A stretch of DNA of 64,000 nucleotides from contig CALSSJ010000022.1 in assembly GCA_943788985.1 (NCBI GenBank), forward strand, positions 96,001-160,000, given 5' to 3'. How positions within the stretch are numbered: position 1 is the stretch's first letter; each line of letters begins with the position of its first letter. The stretch comes from an uncultured Lentisphaerales bacterium. GTDB lineage: Bacteria; Verrucomicrobiota; Lentisphaeria; JABSQK01; UBA12247. Of this stretch, positions 41,022 through 51,800 are shown piece by piece. The notes under the pieces were generated by a model that was given only the letters and a program-made list of their open reading frames with translations, was not told the origin of the DNA and ran no database searches. Both the position numbers and the translations under genes were made by a program.

Positions 41022-42584
41022 TCAGATGGTGAGAAATGTGACATTTAGCGCATCTACCGCAGTCTTTATCTCGTTCAAGACGTCTTTTGTGAGCGCCTGA
41101 TTGACTTTCACGACAGCGATGGCGCGGCCCTGGTGATCCTGCGGAGAGCGCACATCGACGATGTTCACATCATGCGCCGCAAGCGCAGTGGTGATGCGCG
41201 CCAGTTGCCCCGGGCGGTCATCATAAACCACCAGCAAGCTGTGCCCAGCAGGGTCGAAGTACAGATGGTCAAAGGTGTCAATTCTCGAAACCATCAGGCG
41301 GCCTTCTACGACTGTACCGCGGACGCTAACTCGCTCGTATTTTTTTCCGTCGCCCCCGAGGAGGTCGAGTGTAATGGAGCAGCCGTACTTCTTGGAGTCA
41401 TCGCTATCGCGGATCTCATAGTGAATTCCCTGTTGCTCAAGAAACTCCGAAGCGTCTCTATGGTCAAAGTATGGATCGAAGTCTGACGTCATGCCAGATA
41501 CAATCGGGGGGATCAAATATTGTGCGAAGCGATTCAAGTCGCCGTAGAAGGTCACTTCGATCTTGCGGGGCTGGCTGCCCAGATACGCGTGTGCCACTTT
41601 TGCCAGGTAGAATGCCAGGCGTTGGTGTTCTTCGTTCAAGTCGTCTGGGACGGTCTGGTTGACCACATGGCGGGCGATGCCGCGGGTGAAATAGTCGGTG
41701 GTCTGCTGCCCCGCTCGCCTTGCAGCCTCGGCATTTGCTTCCGAGGTGCTGGCGCCTAAGTGGGGGAGCATCAGGTCTGCCACGTCTGCGACGGACTTCT
41801 CGCCTGGCACATCGGCAGGGTAGACGTCATTGCAGAAGATGATTTGTTTGTCCTGCTTGACGGCCCGTAGCGCGTCTTCGTCCAGCAACTCAGCACGAGC
41901 GCAGTTGATCAGGACCGCGCCATCCTTCATGCGCGTCAGCAAGGATTCATTGATCATCTTGGTGGTTTTCTCGTTCGCTGGCGCATGCAGCGTCACGATG
42001 TCTGAGCGCGAGAACAGGGATTCCAGTGAGCACAGCTCGACACCCAGTTCCTCAGCCTTGCGCGGGGCAATGACGGGATCTGCGCCTAGTGCTTTCACTT
42101 CGAAACCGGCAAGCCGCCTGAGGACCAGTTGGCCGATGTGCCCCAGGCCCACTACGCCGATAGTCTTGCCAGCAAGTTCCTTTCCCATGAGCTTCTTCTT
42201 TTCCCACTTCCCAGCCCGTGTCCCGGCGTCGCCTCGGACAACATGGCGAAATGCGCAGAGAGTCATGGCGATCACTTCTTCTGCGACCGCATTTGCGTTG
42301 GCGCCCGGCGTGTTCATTACATCGATGCCGTTGCGTCTGGCATATTTGTGGTCGATCGTGTTGTAGCCTGCGCCAGCGCGCACAATCAGCTTCAACCCAG
42401 GAAGCGAATCGATGATTTCCGCAGTGATGGCTTCACTGCGGACAATGAGACCTGCCGTATCTGCGTGCTCTGCGATCAGTTCGCTGAGTGTGGTTTCGGC
42501 GTCCTGTACGACGGTGAAGCCAGCGTCCTGCAACATCTGAGCGGCAACGCCGTCGAGTTTGGTTGGAATAAGAATCTTACGCAT
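41022..42584 (-). CDS. serA: D-3-phosphoglycerate dehydrogenase, long form with intervening and ACT domains
   Basis: RAGAGYNTID, GLGHIG, INCAR, PHLGAST and a C-terminal ACT domain (DRPGQLA). Confidence 0.9.
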   Translation of the reverse strand: MRKILIPTKLDGVAAQMLQDAGFTVVQDAETTLSELIAEHADTAGLIVRSEAITAEIIDSLPGLKLIVRAGAGYNTIDHKYARRNGIDVMNTPGANANAVAEEVIAMTLCAFRHVVRGDAGTRAGKWEKKKLMGKELAGKTIGVVGLGHIGQLVLRRLAGFEVKALGADPVIAPRKAEELGVELCSLESLFSRSDIVTLHAPANEKTTKMINESLLTRMKDGAVLINCARAELLDEDALRAVKQDKQIIFCNDVYPADVPGEKSVADVADLMLPHLGASTSEANAEAARRAGQQTTDYFTRGIARHVVNQTVPDDLNEEHQRLAFYLAKVAHAYLGSQPRKIEVTFYGDLNRFAQYLIPPIVSGMTSDFDPYFDHRDASEFLEQQGIHYEIRDSDDSKKYGCSITLDLLGGDGKKYERVSVRGTVVEGRLMVSRIDTFDHLYFDPAGHSLLVVYDDRPGQLARITTALAAHDVNIVDVRSPQDHQGRAIAVVKVNQALTKDVLNEIKTAVDALNVTFLTI

Positions 42585-42674
42585 GGTTAACTGCTACTCT
42601 TTTAATAAATTCCAGTTCGGAAAGTGAGGTGTGGAGGGTTGCGATAACCCGATTAGGAAGTAGTGGCCAAAATG

Positions 42675-43874
42675 TCAGCGTCCAGATCGGTCAAGCGGAG
42701 ATTCGCCGAGGCACACGCGGAGCGTGATCATTGCGTAGGCAGTTGCCAGAGCCGGCATAGATTCCATATATCGTCCATTGGCGTTGGCCCAAGCTCCATC
42801 ATCCCGTTGCATGCGAACCAACTCTCCCAGCACCTCACTGCGCCAAGCATGGTCGATGCCATCGGCATCTGTTATGATTTCGTCCCCGTAGGCGTCCAGC
42901 GCCTTGGCCATCGTGTGCAGATAATAAAAATAGCCCTGCAGTCCCATTTCGGGGTTCTGGTAGACGCTGTAGTGCAACGTCAGGTAGGAGACTGCGCCGC
43001 GCACGCGCGGATCTTCTCGTGGTAGCGAGGCGTAGATCATGCTTTTCAGTCCTGCATAGGTCATGCTGCCCGAGCTGATGAACCCATTGTGCAATCCGGT
43101 TCGCTCCCCTGCCTTGCTTTCGTTCGGGCGATAGAAGAATCCACCCTGGTCGTAGGGGTGCGTGCTGATGCTCTTGCTATGATTGTGTGAGGGCAGAGTC
43201 TGGCATTGGGTCAGGAAGGTCTGTAGGTCGTGCCAAAGTGCGGCTTGCCCAGCCTGCGCCTCGGCGGTCGCCGTGAATGGCTCGCGGTCCAGGTAGTCAG
43301 AAAAGTACAAGGCCTCGGCGGCCCAAGATGCATTCGATAAATCTGCCCGCCCGGTTTTCCCGTAGCCGATTCCGCCAAAGTCCACGGTGGCGCGGTCTTT
43401 GAATTGCGAACCCTGCAAATACTTCCGCGCACGGCGCATCGCCTCAAGGTCTGAAGCGCGATTCACTGTGGCCAAAGCCAGCAGCGCAATGGAAGTTGTG
43501 TAGTTTGGATAGTTCCCGCTCTGACTTTGGTCCTCGCCAGCAGGGTAGATCGAGCCATCCGCTTGCTGAAAGCTTAGCACATAGGCCAATGCCTTGTCGA
43601 CCGCCCGGCTACGCCGGTGGTCTGATCTACGTTCTTCGTAGACGCCCATTGCGCCCAAGGCCGTAATCGCCGGATGGGGGAAACGCCCCCAAGAACCATC
43701 TTCATTCTGGTTCTGCAGCATCCACTCACCGGCATGGTGCAGTGCGCGCAGGCTTTCGCCGACCGTCAGTGAGTCGATGAACACAGCCTCCGCTGTTTCC
43801 TGCTGCGCTGTAAGCGGCATCGCGAAAAGCAGAAAAGGTATCGCCAGCGCTGGCGTGGCTTTGAGTAAACGCAT
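42675..43874 (-). CDS. Secreted prenyltransferase/squalene oxidase repeat (terpene cyclase-like alpha/alpha barrel) protein
   Basis: Signal peptide; QW-like repeats QNEDGSW, QQADGS and QRDDGAW; GSMTYAGLKS. Confidence 0.8.
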   Translation of the reverse strand: MRLLKATPALAIPFLLFAMPLTAQQETAEAVFIDSLTVGESLRALHHAGEWMLQNQNEDGSWGRFPHPAITALGAMGVYEERRSDHRRSRAVDKALAYVLSFQQADGSIYPAGEDQSQSGNYPNYTTSIALLALATVNRASDLEAMRRARKYLQGSQFKDRATVDFGGIGYGKTGRADLSNASWAAEALYFSDYLDREPFTATAEAQAGQAALWHDLQTFLTQCQTLPSHNHSKSISTHPYDQGGFFYRPNESKAGERTGLHNGFISSGSMTYAGLKSMIYASLPREDPRVRGAVSYLTLHYSVYQNPEMGLQGYFYYLHTMAKALDAYGDEIITDADGIDHAWRSEVLGELVRMQRDDGAWANANGRYMESMPALATAYAMITLRVCLGESPLDRSGR

Positions 43875-43894
43875 GAGAATGCCAATTGTAAGAT

Positions 43895-43968
43895 TGGCAG
43901 CCCGACTAGGATTCGAACCTAGACTAACTGAATCAGAATCAGTAGTGCTACCATTACACCATCAGGCT
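43895..43968 (-). tRNA. tRNA-Gln(CUG), 74 nt, CCA encoded
   Basis: AGCCTGATGGTGTAATGGTAGCACTACTGATTCTGATTCAGTTAGTCTAGGTTCGAATCCTAGTCGGGCTGCCA folds into a cloverleaf with anticodon CTG and a GTTCGAATC T-loop. Confidence 0.96.
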
Positions 43969-44070
43969 GCTCGTAGGGACAAGCGGGTGAAAAATTTATC
44001 CCGTAATCCCTGTCTGTCCACGTTGTTCCACTATCTTGCCGCGAAACGACCAGTATCTTACCAGTTTCAT

Positions 44071-44553
44071 ATGGCCACCATTCTAACATTCATCCTCGTG
44101 GGCTCGCTGCTCATGCTGCTCGAAACGCTAATCCCAGGCGGGATCGTAGGCCTGTTCGGGTTCATTTTGGTCTGCATCGGAGTCTACCTTGCCTTCGCTG
44201 CCAGTGGCTGGACCGGGATTGGCGTGCTGCTGGGAACCGCGGTGTTGCTTCTGGGGGGCGGCACGCTCTGGTGGCGTTATTTGCCGCGTTGCTCGTGGGC
44301 AAAGGGGCTGCGCCTTGCGGAGTCCGCAACCGGCTGGGAAGGAAGCCCGCTGCTTGACTTGGTCGGAGAAAGCGGCGTGGCGCGGACGAATTTGCGCCCG
44401 ACCGGGGTCGCTATTATCGGTGGCTTGCGCTACGATGTTGTGAGTCAGGGAGACTTTATTCCTAAGGGGGAAGCGGTGACTGTTGTGGACGCTTCCGGAA
44501 ACCGTGTCATTGTTACCACATCTCCTCACCAATCCAATCGAGAAAGCTCGTGA
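44071..44553 (+). CDS. nfeD: Short NfeD-family membrane protein (YqeZ-like)
   Basis: Three TM helices (LETLIPGG) plus an OB-fold ([10 protein letters not shown]...YDVVSQG); upstream of floA. Confidence 0.88.
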   Translation: MATILTFILVGSLLMLLETLIPGGIVGLFGFILVCIGVYLAFAASGWTGIGVLLGTAVLLLGGGTLWWRYLPRCSWAKGLRLAESATGWEGSPLLDLVGESGVARTNLRPTGVAIIGGLRYDVVSQGDFIPKGEAVTVVDASGNRVIVTTSPHQSNRESS

Positions 44554-45560
44554 CTGATCCACAAACAATATTCCTGATCATCGGCATCATCATCCTCCTG
44601 GCGCTGATCTTTCCAGTGCTCTACTATCTGAGCATCCTGATTCGTGCTTGGGCTTCTGGTGTGTCTCTTTTTCCGTGGACCCTCGTGTTCATGCGGATGC
44701 GCCGTGTTCCGCCTGCGGCCATTGTGGACGCTTTGATTCGGATCAAAAAAGCTGGGCTGTCTGATATGACCACCGATGATCTCGAGACCCATCATTTGGC
44801 TGGTGGCAAAGTGCTGGACGTGGTAAACGCCCTGATCGCTGCGGGCAAAGCAAACATCGTATTGGACGCGCCGCGGGCAATGTCCATTGATTTGGCAGGC
44901 CGTGACGTCCTCCAAGCCGTGCGCACGAGCGTCAATCCCAAGGTGATTGATTGTCCCGATCCCACTAAGGGCCGCCAGACCATCGATGCGGTAGCCCGGG
45001 ACGGAATTCAGCTGAAGGTTAAGGCGCGCGTCACCGTGCGGGCCAACCTCGAACGTCTGGTGGGTGGAGCCACTGAAGAGACCATCATCGCTCGTGTCGG
45101 CGAAGGTATCGTGACTACCATCGGGTCTGCCCCCACGCACAAGCATGTCCTTGAAAATCCTGATAGCATTTCCGAGGCCGTTTTGGCAAAAGGCCTAGAG
45201 AGTGGCACTGCCTTTGAGATCCTATCAATCGATATCGCCGATGTCGACGTCGGCGACAACATCGGTGCCCGGCTCATGGCTGATCAGGCGGAAGCGGACA
45301 AGCGCGTCGCCCAAGCCAAAGCGGAAGAACGGCGTGCTGCCGCAGTTGCGGTAGAGCAAGAGATGACGGCCCGGGTTCAGGAGATGCGCGCCCGCGTCGT
45401 CGAGGCCGAGGCCCAGGTCCCACTTGCCATGTCTCAAGCATTTCGCGATGGGCACATGGGAATTCTTGACTACCATCGTATCGAGAACCTCCAAGCAGAT
45501 ACTGAGATGCGGAAATCCATCGGTGATGACTCAGTGCCTGAGGATAAATCCGGAGTATGA
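44550..45560 (+). CDS. floA: Flotillin-like protein FloA (YqfA)
   Basis: [47 protein letters not shown]. Confidence 0.95.
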   Translation: MTDPQTIFLIIGIIILLALIFPVLYYLSILIRAWASGVSLFPWTLVFMRMRRVPPAAIVDALIRIKKAGLSDMTTDDLETHHLAGGKVLDVVNALIAAGKANIVLDAPRAMSIDLAGRDVLQAVRTSVNPKVIDCPDPTKGRQTIDAVARDGIQLKVKARVTVRANLERLVGGATEETIIARVGEGIVTTIGSAPTHKHVLENPDSISEAVLAKGLESGTAFEILSIDIADVDVGDNIGARLMADQAEADKRVAQAKAEERRAAAVAVEQEMTARVQEMRARVVEAEAQVPLAMSQAFRDGHMGILDYHRIENLQADTEMRKSIGDDSVPEDKSGV

Positions 45561-45907
45561 CAGGTCTAGTCATCACCTTTGTTCTGGTGGTAATCGTCAA
45601 CGCTCTCGTTGCAAAATTTGGCGCCGAAAAAGATGGTGAGGAGCTCTTTGTGCCTGAGCAGCGCCAGGCGCCGCAGCCTCAGCGGGTGCGGCGTCGTCCA
45701 CCGCCTGTTCCGAGTAAAGCCGTCGCGGAGGTTGTCGATGCAGTGTCAGCCCCAGCGGCGTCATCGTCAGCGTTGGAGGCGGCCATGCATCAGGACATCA
45801 TGGTACGCAAGCCACGGCGTCGCCGTGGCCGCTACGGTGCCCATGCGATGCGTAAGGCGATCGTCGTTCGCGAAATCCTCAACCGTCCACGGGCGTATGA
45901 CATTTAG
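45557..45907 (+). CDS. YqfB-like small membrane protein
   Basis: N-terminal TM helix and C-terminal [13 protein letters not shown]; third gene of the nfeD-floA operon. Confidence 0.65.
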   Translation: MTGLVITFVLVVIVNALVAKFGAEKDGEELFVPEQRQAPQPQRVRRRPPPVPSKAVAEVVDAVSAPAASSSALEAAMHQDIMVRKPRRRRGRYGAHAMRKAIVVREILNRPRAYDI

Positions 45908-45936
45908 AATCGCACGAATGATCCCGGCAGGCATTA

Positions 45937-46566
45937 ATGATTGTTGAAGCGCTCGGCGCCGTCGCTGTGGCCTACTTCCTGGGCGGAATCCCGTTTGGGT
46001 ACCTGATTGGCCGCTCACAAGGCTTGGATATCCGTGAGCATGGCAGCGGAAATATTGGGGCCACCAATGTTGTGCGGGTGCTTGGCAAGAAGCTTGGCTA
46101 CAGCTGTTTCTTGCTGGATTTCGGCAAAGGGCTCGCCCCGGTTCTGGTCGCCGCGAAAGTTTTCAGCGATTCGAGCCAGTCTGGCTGGCCTCCTGCGTTG
46201 GTCGCTTTGGCCACGGTCTGCGGGCACGTCTTCAGTCCCTACCTCAAGCTGCGTGGCGGCAAAGGGGTTGCCACCGCGACTGGCGCTTTACTCGGCGTGG
46301 CCCCGATCCCGCTGCTCTGTGCTGTCGCCTGTTGGGTCGGCCTGTACCTGCTGACGCGCACCGTCGCCGTCGCCAGCATTGCCGCCGCTGTCTCTTTGCC
46401 CATCTTTGCCTTGCTCGGGAACGCCACGCAGTTCAGCCGCACAGCGCCCACGGCGATGTCCCTGCTGGTGCTGATTGCGGCCATGATTGTCATCCGGCAC
46501 CGATCAAACATTCAGCGAATGCTCGCTGGTGCAGAACACTCATTCAGTGAAAGGGATCCCAAGTGA
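45937..46566 (+). CDS. plsY: Glycerol-3-phosphate acyltransferase
   Basis: GSGNIGATNVVR, GHVFSP, GGKGVAT, RHRSNIQR. Confidence 0.96.
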   Translation: MIVEALGAVAVAYFLGGIPFGYLIGRSQGLDIREHGSGNIGATNVVRVLGKKLGYSCFLLDFGKGLAPVLVAAKVFSDSSQSGWPPALVALATVCGHVFSPYLKLRGGKGVATATGALLGVAPIPLLCAVACWVGLYLLTRTVAVASIAAAVSLPIFALLGNATQFSRTAPTAMSLLVLIAAMIVIRHRSNIQRMLAGAEHSFSERDPK

Positions 46567-47570
46567 AAGTAGCGGTAATGAGTGACGGGGGCTGGGGGAC
46601 TGCGATTTCTCTAGCCTTGCTGAAACGAAATCATGATGTCGTCCTCTGGGGGCCATTCCCGAAGTACATTGACGAGATGCGGGAAAGTCGGGTGAATCGC
46701 CAATTTCTTGCTGGAGTGGACCTGCCCGAGGCCCTCGAGTTTACGGCAGATGCGAGCACCGCGATCACTGGAGCAGATTTTATCGTAATGGCTGCGCCCA
46801 CTCGCTTTGCGCGTGGCTGCCTGAAAACCATTCGCGACGCGGGCCTACCTGCCCAAGCGCGCATCGTCAGCGTGGCCAAGGGCATCGAGAACGGCACACT
46901 CATGCGTGTCAGCGAGATGTGCGCGGAGCTTTTGCCCGGTGTGCCGTATACTGTGCTGTCAGGCCCCAGTCACGCAGAGGAAGTCGCTCTCGAGATCCCG
47001 ACTGCTGTCGTTGCGGCTTCGACCGATTCCGCCATGGCTAGCGAGGTTCAGGAGTTGTTCATGTCCGACGTGTTTCGCGTATATACCAGCGATGACGTAG
47101 TGGGGGTCGAGCTTGGCGGCGCATTGAAGAACGTGTTCGCCATCGCCGCCGGCGTGTGTGATGGCATGGAATTCGGCGACAACACCAAGGCTGCATTGGT
47201 CACGCGCGGCATTGCCGAGATGGGAAGGCTCGGGAATGCGCTCGGCGGCCGGGTCGAGACCTTCTCAGGCCTCAGCGGGCTTGGAGATATGATTGTGACC
47301 TGTTGCAGCGGGCATAGCCGGAACCGCCATGTGGGCGAGCAGCTTGGGCGTGGAAAGTCTCTTGCCGAAATCACCGAGTCCATGGGCCGAGTGGTTGCCG
47401 AGGGCGTAACCACTGCGGAGTCCGCACACGAACTCGCTCAGAAGGTGGGCGTAACCTGCCCGATTATCAGCGAAATCTATGCCGGTCTCTACCAGTCCAA
47501 AGACCCTCGCCAGGGCTTGCGTGATCTGATGACTCGAGCGGCCCGCTCCGAGCGCGAGGATTTTGGGTGA
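46563..47570 (+). CDS. gpsA: NAD(P)H-dependent glycerol-3-phosphate dehydrogenase
   Basis: DGGWGTA, AKGIE, LSGPSHAEE, GGALKNV, GLGDMIVTC, SRNR. Confidence 0.96.
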   Translation: MKVAVMSDGGWGTAISLALLKRNHDVVLWGPFPKYIDEMRESRVNRQFLAGVDLPEALEFTADASTAITGADFIVMAAPTRFARGCLKTIRDAGLPAQARIVSVAKGIENGTLMRVSEMCAELLPGVPYTVLSGPSHAEEVALEIPTAVVAASTDSAMASEVQELFMSDVFRVYTSDDVVGVELGGALKNVFAIAAGVCDGMEFGDNTKAALVTRGIAEMGRLGNALGGRVETFSGLSGLGDMIVTCCSGHSRNRHVGEQLGRGKSLAEITESMGRVVAEGVTTAESAHELAQKVGVTCPIISEIYAGLYQSKDPRQGLRDLMTRAARSEREDFG

Positions 47571-48850
47571 GCAATTTGGACGAGTATTTTCGAATACAGG
47601 GCGGGGAGTCACTTAGCGGGGACGTACAGATCGGGGGCAACAAGAACGCAGTCTTGCCCATGCTCGCAGCCACACTATTGACGGACCAGCCCGTCACGCT
47701 CACCAACGTTCCGGGAATCCGCGATGTGCGTGCGATGTGCGACGTGCTCGAGCATCTTGGCGCGGCCGTAGACGATCGTGGAGAAAACGTCACCATCTGC
47801 GCGAAGAACCTTCACACCCATGAAATCACCCCAAGACTTTGTGGGGAACTTCGCACCAGTTTTCTTGTCGCTGGTCCGTTGGTCGCCAGACTGGGCCGCG
47901 CTGTACTTCATCCGCCCGGCGGTGACGTAATCGGGCGGCGCCGTCTCGACAGCCACTTCTACGGGCTGCAAAAGCTGGGAGCCACCGTCGACCCTGACGC
48001 CATGCGGTTCTCCGCGCGGGGACTCACCGGGGCTGACCTGTTTTTCGATGAAGCCAGTGTCACAGCCACCGAGCACATTCTGATGGCCGCCACCCTCGCG
48101 AAAGGCGAGACCGTCATTCGCAACGCTGCCGCCGAGCCGCATGTGCAGAATCTCGCCCGTATGCTAGAAAGTATGGGGGCGCAGATTTCCGGCATTGGCA
48201 CCAACACCCTTGTGATTGAAGGCGTCGACTCCCTGCATGGCACCACTATCGCCGTAGATGCAGACCACGTCGAGGCCGGAAGCTTTCTGGCTGCCGCAGC
48301 CGCTACGGGCGGCTCCATTACCGTGCACGGCACCTCCAAACCGCACTTCTGGATGACTCGGCGCGTGTTCGAAAAATTTGGGGTAGATCTTGACTTGCGC
48401 CACGATTCCATCCATCTCCCTGCGTGCGAGCTGCGCATTCAGAAAGATGTCGGTGGAATGGTGCCACGCGTCGACGACGGCCCCTGGCCGCAGTTCCCTT
48501 CAGACCTGATGAGCGTCCTGTTAGTGATGGCCACGCAGGCAAACGGGACCGTACTGTTCTTTGAGAAGATGTTCGAAAGCCGGATGTATTTCGTGGACCG
48601 GCTGATTCAGATGGGCGGGAGCGCCATCGTCTGCGATCCGCACCGTGTCGTCATCTCCGGGCCCACCGCACTGCGCGCGCAGCGCATGACGAGTCCGGAT
48701 ATTCGCGCTGGGCTGGCGCTGGTCATCGCGGCACTCTGTGCCCAAGGCGAGAGCGAGATTCACAACGCTTGGGTGATCGATCGCGGCTACGAGCGAATCG
48801 AGCAGAAGCTGAGTGGACTGGGCGCGAGGATCGAGCGCGTCTTGCCCTAG
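47567..48850 (+). CDS. murA: UDP-N-acetylglucosamine 1-carboxyvinyltransferase
   Basis: GNKNAVLP, PGGDVIGRR, SVTATE, FESR, DIRAG, IDRGY. Confidence 0.96.
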   Translation: MSNLDEYFRIQGGESLSGDVQIGGNKNAVLPMLAATLLTDQPVTLTNVPGIRDVRAMCDVLEHLGAAVDDRGENVTICAKNLHTHEITPRLCGELRTSFLVAGPLVARLGRAVLHPPGGDVIGRRRLDSHFYGLQKLGATVDPDAMRFSARGLTGADLFFDEASVTATEHILMAATLAKGETVIRNAAAEPHVQNLARMLESMGAQISGIGTNTLVIEGVDSLHGTTIAVDADHVEAGSFLAAAAATGGSITVHGTSKPHFWMTRRVFEKFGVDLDLRHDSIHLPACELRIQKDVGGMVPRVDDGPWPQFPSDLMSVLLVMATQANGTVLFFEKMFESRMYFVDRLIQMGGSAIVCDPHRVVISGPTALRAQRMTSPDIRAGLALVIAALCAQGESEIHNAWVIDRGYERIEQKLSGLGARIERVLP

Positions 48851-51800
48851 AGTTCGCCCGGGGAATTGGAAAAAATCCAGTAGCCTACGCCTGGGGTGAT
48901 CGCGGTGCCGGCAGCGACCGGGACCAGGCGATTGCCGTCCCAGCGCCACGTTCCCTCTATGGCCGGGCGGCTAGCCGCTGGCGAGATCAGGTTCCACCCC
49001 TGAGTTAGGCCGACTCGCCCGTCGGCAACAAGGCCGGTCAACGTTTCGCTACGAGGCGCATCGCAGTACAGCCAGATGCCTTGTTCCGCGGGCCAATACT
49101 GCTCGCGGACGAACTCCCCGCTCCGCCAGCGGAACGCCAAGCCGTTCTGTGACTGCGCGTTCATCACCGCGCAGCCCACCAAATTCCAGCCCTTATTCAA
49201 GTTCAATTGCTGGTTCAGCGGATGGCCGATGACCAATTCAAAGGCATCCGCCTCTGCCTTGGCTGCACTCTCCACTCGTAGATCTATCACCGGCCCGTTT
49301 GCCCTCTCGTACAGCAGCGGTTGCAGATGAATTTCACCTGTTGCCACTAGGTTTGAGAGATCCCAGGTCAGGTCGTGCAAGCGTCGCGAAGTTTCAATTC
49401 GCCACTGGGTGCTGGTTCTGCGAAAATCTGCGGCTAGGAATCGCTCCGCGCGGTTTGCGGAGTTCGCAACCAAGTAGCTGAGGTCTTCGCTGGTGATATC
49501 GTAGGCATCGGCGCCGTCATCTGCATCGTCGCGCGTCCCGAACAATAGCGGCACGCCGCTCACTCGGATCGTGCCGAATGATTGCGTGGAGTTCCAGTGC
49601 ACGGAGGCCATGCCGGCACTGCGCCGTATGCTGCCTCCACTCAGTTGATACCACAGGTGCCACTCCGACAGGCCCTCAGCGGGAGCGGTCAAGTCGGTAG
49701 GCATCGTTGAACCCCAGCGCGGGTCATCCAGAGCTGGCGAAGCGCCGTCGTTGCTCAAGAGCCAGGCCAGCACCTGTGAATCTGGATCATCCGCCTGGAT
49801 ATTCACCGGCACCGTGGCACTCCTGGTGAAAGCTCGCCCGCCGATTGCAATTTGGCCAGCGCTGAAGCCATAAACTAGAGGGGGATCTAGAATTCCGATC
49901 AGGTTGAGTGTTACAGTTGCGGAGTTCGCAATTGGATCGCTGGCTGTGGGCTGCCACTCAGATGCCGCCGGTTCCGTGGCGGGCACTTCGCTGACCAGAA
50001 ACAGGGGAGGTAATGTCGTACCGGGCAGGCCCAGCGAGCAATCCACAAGCAACGGATAGTCTGCAGCCTCCACCTCAATAAGAGATTCATAGACCAAGGC
50101 ATCGTTGTGCGAATACGATACCCGGTTCGCTGAGATCGTGATGCGCAGCCGGTCTCCCGCCACGATCGCAGGCGTGGTGGTTCCCTTGCGCTCATAGCCG
50201 CCTTCATAGAGCAGAATCTTCTGAATTTGAGGCTGAACCATGATCGCCCAGTCGATCGTCTTAGAGGCATCATGGTCCTCGGTACTGATCCCAAACATCT
50301 TGAACTCTGCGACGGTATCGACGAGCATTTCGACCACTGCGTTTCCGTGGATCTGCTGTTGGGAGCTTGCGCCAGAACCCCATAGCGCGGATCCCGCAAT
50401 TTTGGACAGCGTTTGATCTGGAGAAAGCGTTGCGTTTACGACATTCTGCCACTGGACGATCTCTCCGCCAAAGGCACCTGCCAGCGGCGGCGAGATGCCG
50501 TCGGCTGCCGGCGAAGCACTGTTTTCGCTCCGTACGCTCGCTGTCGGCAGGATGACGGCGTGAACCTGCCCGGGAATGATTCCTGCCGCGCCCGTCGCGT
50601 CGGTGATGGTGATCTGCACGTTGGAGCGGTCCAGCCACACGCCTTGATAGGCGGCGCCCAGCGAGGCGTTGGTGGCAGCCGTGGTCTGGAAGCTGAACAG
50701 CCCGTCAATGTCAGCTTTACTCAGGCTCGTTCCGGCACCTTGGTTTGTTCGTTGGTCCAGGCCAATGTGCAACTGGTCACCCGCGTTGTAGATGGTGTCG
50801 AGCGCGTCAGAATCGGAGAGGTGGAACCGCGTCAGCATTGGCGGTGGCTCGACCAAGCCGTAGTCGAAACTGTCGGTACCTGCGAAGTTCGCAGCGGGCA
50901 GATATCGAAACGAGCCGTCGCCCGCCAGTGATACGCTGCCATGGGCGGGCGCCTGCAGCAGGATCGGGCGTGCCGGATAATCCAGATCCACCCGGTCGTT
51001 AGCCAGCAGGCCAAGCGCTGGCGGGATGTACAGCCGTGTGTCTTCGATCGGTGCGTAGACATCGTCCGTGGCTTGCGAAGTTCGCACGCCATAGAAGGCA
51101 AATGCCCCCAGGTCCGGGCTTCCAGCGTCGTCTCGCACATTGGCTGCGGCCAGCGCGCGGTACTCGTACTGAACCCGATGCGCTGCTGGAATCGCGCCAG
51201 GCAGCGCGTCTCCCGCGTCGAGGCAGGGCGAATCCGCACGCAGTGTCAGCTCGTGCGCGGCAAAGTCGCGCCAACCGGGAAAATCGCCAAACTGGTTTAT
51301 TGCGGAGTCCGCAATGGTGCCGGACGTGATCCAGTTTCCGCTGGCTGTGACCGTGCTGTCATTGCCGATCATCATCACTAAGCCGTTTGGCGCATAGAGG
51401 ATGTTGTTCAGGCACTGGATGCTCGAGCCGTCGAGCCGGAATAAAGCGGCGGCTCCGGTTCGCTTGGAGATGACCGTGTTGTGGTAGAAATAGAGCGTGC
51501 CCGAGCGATATCGCTCCCAGACCTTGGAGTCGCCGCCGTACTGGACGATTTTATTACCGGGATCTGATTCTGCCTCGATCAGAACATTTCCGTAGACGTA
51601 GGTGCGGTCGTAGCTGGCGAGGGTATAGATGTCGGCGTAGTCGCTGTCCACCAGGTCCAACTGTTTGGCGCCGCCCTCCACCCAGTTGTAACGAATCACT
51701 GTGCCGCTCGAGCGATCCTTCACGGCATTTCCACGGCAATCCGGGCGTTGGGGCCCGATGTAGTTGAATTGGTAAGTAATGCTATGAGATTCGGTGTAGG

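Noticed and set aside
43895..43968. tRNA-Gln as an island integration site
   Set aside because: No integrase and no duplicated tRNA 3' end were seen in the window.
43777..44070. N-terminal extension of the nfeD ORF
   Set aside because: It runs across the antisense tRNA-Gln; the real start is ATG 44071.
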